Shown in pieces: positions 59,514 through 64,000 of a stretch of DNA of 64,000 nucleotides. The stretch is from an uncultured Thiodictyon sp. (GTDB lineage: Bacteria > Pseudomonadota > Gammaproteobacteria > Chromatiales > Chromatiaceae). The notes below the pieces were generated by a model that was not told where the DNA came from, did no database searches, and was given only the letters and a program-made list of their open reading frames with translations. The DNA lies in the NCBI RefSeq assembly GCF_903837595.1, contig NZ_CAILVI010000494.1:2551-66550 (forward strand), in the 5' to 3' direction. Position 1 is the first letter of the stretch; each line of letters begins with the position of its first letter. The position numbers and the translations under genes are program-made.

Positions 59514-60632
59514 CTACGTGAAGAGCATCAACACGCCCGTGTAGCCATAGAGCCGATCCTGGGAGATCTCGCCGTTGGCATAGAAGCCCACCAGCGGGAC
59601 CTCGCCCAGGGTGTCGCGGATCTGCCGCAGTTCCGCGGAGTCCGGCCCAAAGAGGTTGACCCCCCGCCCCAGACAGGTCACATAGACCCCGCCCCGGGGC
59701 GGCGCCCGCAGCCGACCCTTGAGTGACACGAGCATCCGGTTCAGGTCGTCGCGGGCGGTCGCGCCGTCACGGCGGCAAAACATCAGCTTGCGGCCCGACT
59801 CCATCAGGTCGCCGACCGCCACCAGGCCCTCGTTGGGGTCGAGGCCCACCAGGTTGCGCACCAGATAGTCGCCGGTGTCGGAACCGACGATCGGCAGCCC
59901 GACAAAGATCGAACGGCCGATGTGCATCAGGTCGCGCGACAAGAGCTCGCCGATGTCCTCCTTTAGCACGTCCAATGCTGGCCGTCCGTCCAGGGTGATC
60001 ACGATGTTGCGCTCCGCCTTGGTGACGGTCCGCTGCGGTCCGATGGGTGAGCAACCCTGGCTCAGGCGCGTGATGAGCCCGACCCCCTCGGCGAAGAGGA
60101 CGCCGGAGAGGCCGCCCAGGTGCAATCCATTGGCGATGGTGCAGGTATGGCCCCGGGAACTGGCCAGCCCGCCCACCAGAAAACCCGCCACGGTACGCGT
60201 CGCAAGCTGCTCGATCAGGTCCTCGGTGACGCCGTCCGTCGGGTCCCCGTGGACCAGGGCCAACAGCGGGTGGCGCTCCGCGATCCACTCACCATTGCGC
60301 GTGTCGAAGGCGTCCAGGTCATCGGCCAGGCGCGGAAAGACCCGAAAGCCGTCGGGCGGGAACTCGCCCAACATCACGGCCGCCGCCGGCTCCTCGTAAT
60401 ACTCAGCGCCGGTGGCACAGATACCGATACCGACGGCACCGACCCAGTCGCGCACCCGCGTGGCGTCCTTCAACCGGCCAAGCAGGTCGGCCAAGTCGTC
60501 CGTCAGCGAGTCGGTGACATAGAGAAAGCCCAGATTGGCGGCCGCGGGAATCTCACCGAGTTGGCTCAGGCAGGTGTCGGCAATCTCGCGCCAGTCGTCG
60601 CCGGCGGCATGGGCGTATCGGAATGGGCGCAT
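59514..60632 (-). CDS. FIST-domain signal-transduction protein
   Basis: FIST_N/FIST_C layout with the terminal GFYANGEISQDRLYGYTGVLMLF. Confidence 0.8.
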   Translation of the reverse strand: MRPFRYAHAAGDDWREIADTCLSQLGEIPAAANLGFLYVTDSLTDDLADLLGRLKDATRVRDWVGAVGIGICATGAEYYEEPAAAVMLGEFPPDGFRVFPRLADDLDAFDTRNGEWIAERHPLLALVHGDPTDGVTEDLIEQLATRTVAGFLVGGLASSRGHTCTIANGLHLGGLSGVLFAEGVGLITRLSQGCSPIGPQRTVTKAERNIVITLDGRPALDVLKEDIGELLSRDLMHIGRSIFVGLPIVGSDTGDYLVRNLVGLDPNEGLVAVGDLMESGRKLMFCRRDGATARDDLNRMLVSLKGRLRAPPRGGVYVTCLGRGVNLFGPDSAELRQIRDTLGEVPLVGFYANGEISQDRLYGYTGVLMLFT

Positions 60633-60668
60633 GGGGACTAAACCTCCGGCAGTCGGGCAGGGTTGATC

Positions 60669-61001
60669 CTATAAGGCAGCGTTCAGCTCGGCCGCCAGTT
60701 CATCGGCCGGATAGTCCACGGCGACCAGACCGAGCGAGCCGAGCAGGTCGATAAATCCGTCCAAGGACAGCCCGGCAACCTTGGCCGCCTGCGCCAGGGT
60801 GAGTTGCCGCCCCTCGAACAGGCGTAAAGCCAGGGCACGGTGGACCCCCTGGTCCAGCAGTCGACGGTCGAACGGCAAGGCGAGGATGGCCCGCCGGCCA
60901 TGTTTGGTGATCAGCGACATTTGGCCGAGTTCGGCGTCTTTGAGCAGATCACCGGAGCGTGTTCGAAGGTTCCGGACCGAGAAGATATCAAGCGTTTCCA
61001 T
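60669..61001 (-). CDS. Fused Phd/YefM-like plus UPF0175-like antitoxin-type protein
   Basis: The N-terminal half (SVRNLRTRSGDLLKDAELGQMSLITKHGRRAILALP) is Phd-like. The C-terminal half (LTLAQAAKVAGLSLDGFIDLLGSLGL) is UPF0175-like. No toxin ORF is adjacent. Confidence 0.55.
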   Translation of the reverse strand: METLDIFSVRNLRTRSGDLLKDAELGQMSLITKHGRRAILALPFDRRLLDQGVHRALALRLFEGRQLTLAQAAKVAGLSLDGFIDLLGSLGLVAVDYPADELAAELNAAL

Positions 61002-61126
61002 GGGCAGGCCTCAACGAAGTGTGCCGGCGAAGCGTAGCATAAATTCACAGCGGTCAGCCTGTGATGGGTCATGATGAGAGGCAACTGCCGCTGGACCACC
61101 GCCGACCTTAGTGTCTATCAATCATT

Positions 61127-62137
61127 TCAGGGCGCCGTGATCTGCTCGACACCAACGGCGGCCTTCAGGAAAACATCTATACGCTCAGAAAGCGAAGAGT
61201 TTTTCTCCACATGCCGGGCATAGTAAACGAGAGACGAAACCGCGGTACGCTGCTTAACTGGGTCCCAAAGCTCTACGATCCGCAGCAAATCGTCCAAGTC
61301 CAGTGGCTTTAGCCCGATCGCGCCAATCAGCTCGCGGACACCCTCTCGAAATCCCAGGGACACCACCAAACCCAGCGTACCGCGCCGACCGACTTCATTG
61401 CCGAATCCTTCCAGATCAGGAACATCCTCGGGCTTAAGCTCATACTGCTTAACCTCCGCTGAAATCGCAAGGCGCGCACCCTCCCATGCATCGATGTCCC
61501 CCACTCGCTGAAGTCGTTTAGAGCCAGTTCTCACCTTGTCGATTTCAACTTGGAGATGCGGATTATCGGCACGCAGAAAGCCGAATACGATTCCTTGGTA
61601 AGGAGCGCCCGTCGGCTCGCCTTTGCGCGCCGTCATATCGAAGCCTTCCAGTATCAGACGAAATAGGGGTGGATCAATCTGAATCGCCGCGGGATCGAAT
61701 GCCTGACTCTTTAGGCTATTGAGAACATAGTCGATCACCCGTCCGCGAAGTTCCTCCAGATCGACAAGACTGTAGATCGCCAGGGCGTCTAACCACGGGA
61801 TATAGTCGGGCCACGCCTGAGTCGCGTGCGGCGCACACGAGGGATAGTCAAATCGTTTATGCTCGGCGCGAAACAAGCGTTCGACCGCGTTGTAGAAGGG
61901 CCGCAGGCTCAAGACCTTACCGTCTGACCTCTTGAGGATCAGCGTGTTGGCACGCTTACCACCACTTGTTGTGGTCTGGCGCGGGAAGCGCGCGATGACA
62001 GCGTCATAGCTCCCAGTCTCCGAGCCAGGGATACCCAATTCAATATAGAGATCGATAAAGGCCAACAACAGCCCAGCCGAAAACTTGCGGGCTGGAAAGC
62101 CCATTGCAAACTCGTCAAACAAAGTATCAGGCGTCAT
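61127..62137 (-). CDS. Putative type II restriction endonuclease (PD-(D/E)xK-like)
   Basis: Four-base overlap with the methyltransferase gene and visibly lower GC. Candidate catalytic motif VGDIDAW...ISAEVKQ. No closer family recognised. Confidence 0.55.
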   Translation of the reverse strand: MTPDTLFDEFAMGFPARKFSAGLLLAFIDLYIELGIPGSETGSYDAVIARFPRQTTTSGGKRANTLILKRSDGKVLSLRPFYNAVERLFRAEHKRFDYPSCAPHATQAWPDYIPWLDALAIYSLVDLEELRGRVIDYVLNSLKSQAFDPAAIQIDPPLFRLILEGFDMTARKGEPTGAPYQGIVFGFLRADNPHLQVEIDKVRTGSKRLQRVGDIDAWEGARLAISAEVKQYELKPEDVPDLEGFGNEVGRRGTLGLVVSLGFREGVRELIGAIGLKPLDLDDLLRIVELWDPVKQRTAVSSLVYYARHVEKNSSLSERIDVFLKAAVGVEQITAP

Positions 62138-63141
62138 GGCTCACCAACGCTCAAGGCGCAGAGTGGCCCAAAAGCCGCACGCGCTAAGGCATGATAACCC
62201 TGGTCGCGATCCGTGCCGATGGCCGTATAGTCGATGGCGGCGGCGGCGGCCAGTGTCGATCCGCTCCCGGCAAAGGGGTCATACACGATGCCGACACCCA
62301 ATGGGAGCGCGGCACGCACCACTTGGCGCATGAATCGCTGAGGCTTAAGCGAGGGATGTGGGGCGATCTCGCGTTCACGACCGCGCGTGGGGGAGCAGCT
62401 AATCACGTCCTTGAAAGGCTCAGCGGCGGAGATACGGCGCAGGCCCCCGGTTCCCCAGAGGCGGAGATTTTCGGCCGCCGTGCCCGCAAATGGCTTCCGG
62501 AAAATTCCCCAAGGCTCCCAGCAGGAGCGAGCCATCATACATACCTCGGGGAATTCGTCTTCCGCACCCTTGGGACGGTCCCCACCGCGCAGCGTCTGCA
62601 CGAGGCGAATGATTTCACCACGCTTCTCGAAACCGGATCGCTGTAGGGCATGAAAGGTGAGCGTTGAGAGCAAGGGATTGGACGCGATCAGCAGATGTCC
62701 CCCCGGCACCAATACGCGCAGCAGTGCCTCCCCCAGGTCGCAAAAAAAGCGATCAAGCTTGACGATTTCGTCCGAGGTAAGAACGGTAAATCGAGGCAAT
62801 GGCCTGCGCTTCGCACCATCGAAAGACGGTGGAATTCGCCAAACCCCGCCGCGTCCGCTCTTGAGCTTATCGTGGTGTTTGCGATTGTATTCGATCAGAC
62901 CGTAGGGCGGGTCCGTGACTACGGCATGAAGCGAATTCATCGGCAGTTCGGCGAGCCAGGCGATGGCATCATCAACGACATAAGTCGCCCGACTGGAGAG
63001 ATGGGTGCGCGGCTGCTCCCCGGCATTGCGCACCGTCTCCCACAGGCGATCCTGCTTCTCAATCAATAACTCCTTCCAAGGGGGCGAGGTAGCTTTGGCG
63101 AAAAGGTCGGGGCTATGAATGGCTAGTGACGGTGGCGTCAT
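62134..63141 (-). CDS. DNA methyltransferase, N6-adenine/N4-cytosine beta-class
   Basis: Start at MTPPSLAIH. DPPYG (motif IV) precedes DPFAGSGST (motif I), the beta-group order. HPSLKP motif present. Confidence 0.85.
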   Translation of the reverse strand: MTPPSLAIHSPDLFAKATSPPWKELLIEKQDRLWETVRNAGEQPRTHLSSRATYVVDDAIAWLAELPMNSLHAVVTDPPYGLIEYNRKHHDKLKSGRGGVWRIPPSFDGAKRRPLPRFTVLTSDEIVKLDRFFCDLGEALLRVLVPGGHLLIASNPLLSTLTFHALQRSGFEKRGEIIRLVQTLRGGDRPKGAEDEFPEVCMMARSCWEPWGIFRKPFAGTAAENLRLWGTGGLRRISAAEPFKDVISCSPTRGREREIAPHPSLKPQRFMRQVVRAALPLGVGIVYDPFAGSGSTLAAAAAIDYTAIGTDRDQGYHALARAAFGPLCALSVGEP

Positions 63142-63202
63142 GGCTATCGGCTTTAGTCTCTTGGTGGAAGGGACGCGGGGGCAGGACGCCCTCGCTCCTT
63201 TG

Positions 63203-64000
63203 TCAAACCTCCGCCAGGTCCCCCTTCTCCTGCAACCACGCCCGCCGGTCCGCGGCGCGCTTTTTGGCCAGCAGCATGTCGAGCACCTTGCTGCTCTCGT
63301 CCTCTGCCTCAATCGTCAACTGCACCAGCCGGCGGGTGTCCGGGTGGATAGTGGTCTCGCGCAACTGGGCCGGGTTCATCTCGCCCAACCCCTTGAAGCG
63401 CTGGACATTGACCTGGCCCTTGATCCGTTCGGCCGCAATCCGGTCGAGGATACCCTGTTTCTCCCCATCGTCCAGCGCATAAAAGACCTGTTTGCCGACA
63501 TCGATCCGATACAGCGGCGGCATGGCCACATGGACATGGCCCTCCGCCACCAGCCGCCGGAAGTGTTTGAGAAACAGGGCGCAGAGCAGGGTCGCGATGT
63601 GCGCCCCGTCGGAGTCCGCGTCCGCCAGGATACAGACCTTGCCGAAGCGCAGGCGCGTCAGGTCGTCGCTGCCCGGGTCCACGCCGATGGCCACCGCGAC
63701 ATCATGCACCTCCTGGGAGCCCAGCACCTCCGCGGAGTCCACCTCCCAGGTGTTGAGGATTTTGCCGCGCAACGGCAGGATCGCCTGAAACTCACGGTCG
63801 CGCGCCTGCTTGGCCGAGCCGCCGGCCGAGTCCCCCTCTACCAGAAAGAGCTCGCTGCGGTCCGGGTCGGTGGAGGTGCAGTCCGCCAGCTTCCCCGGCA
63901 GGGCCGGACCCTGGGTGATCTTCTTACGGATGACGGTGCGCCCGGCGCGCAGCCGCGCCTGGGCGGCATTGATGGCCAGTTCCGCAATCCGCTCGCCCTC
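63203..64000 (-). CDS. parE: DNA topoisomerase IV subunit B, C-terminal part (5' end beyond window)
   Basis: The frame stays open to position 64000. Toprim EGDSAGGSAKQARDREFQAILPLRGKILN, DADSDGAHI, PPLY and the ParE-type tail LLAKKRAADRRAWLQEKG. Confidence 0.9.
   Translation of the reverse strand, partial: EGERIAELAINAAQARLRAGRTVIRKKITQGPALPGKLADCTSTDPDRSELFLVEGDSAGGSAKQARDREFQAILPLRGKILNTWEVDSAEVLGSQEVHDVAVAIGVDPGSDDLTRLRFGKVCILADADSDGAHIATLLCALFLKHFRRLVAEGHVHVAMPPLYRIDVGKQVFYALDDGEKQGILDRIAAERIKGQVNVQRFKGLGEMNPAQLRETTIHPDTRRLVQLTIEAEDESSKVLDMLLAKKRAADRRAWLQEKGDLAEV

Noticed and set aside
60669-63312. Integrase, transposase or attachment-site repeats delimiting the R-M island, and the extended ORF start at 63312 for the methyltransferase
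   Set aside because: No recombinase ORF or flanking direct repeat was found. The N-terminal extension (63142..63312) is Arg/Cys-rich and overlaps the parE 3' end; the ATG at 63141 gives a normal methyltransferase N-terminus.

Overview
High-GC proteobacterial chromosome segment. It most likely comes from a purple sulfur bacterium (Chromatiaceae); this is inferred only from the hynS-isp1-isp2-hynL [NiFe]-hydrogenase arrangement. Intact core genes: folE2, pntAA-pntAB-pntB, phaC, ppc, rlmKL, an iscA-nifU-nifS operon with a recognisable sigma54/NifA promoter, nifZ and the 3' part of parE. Between them lies accessory material. (1) At the left edge, a Tat-signal glycine-rich W-x-N-R repeat peptide is followed by a SPASM-like protein with no radical-SAM motif; this is my top candidate for an undescribed RiPP-like system, and it is cut by the window edge. 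(2) A 1,820-aa RCC1/CARDB/GH12/InlB-B-repeat mosaic protein whose signal peptide sits in a different reading frame. (3) A zinc-ribbon/Cys-loop/PstS/OmpA fusion protein. (4) A lower-GC type II restriction-modification pair next to an orphan fused Phd-UPF0175 antitoxin. (5) An SBP/hybrid histidine kinase/Hpt module with a G11 homopolymer inside the kinase gene. (6) Several decayed accessory genes: a roughly 990-aa ankyrin protein, a GGDEF cyclase, a STAND/TPR NTPase, a CHAT/STAND-type N-terminal fragment and an OafA-like acyltransferase. (7) At least five families of palindromic repeats and one MITE with target-site duplication. No rRNA, tRNA, CRISPR array, integrase or transposase could be supported. 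All functional calls come from motif recognition by eye on the translated ORFs; no database search was run.
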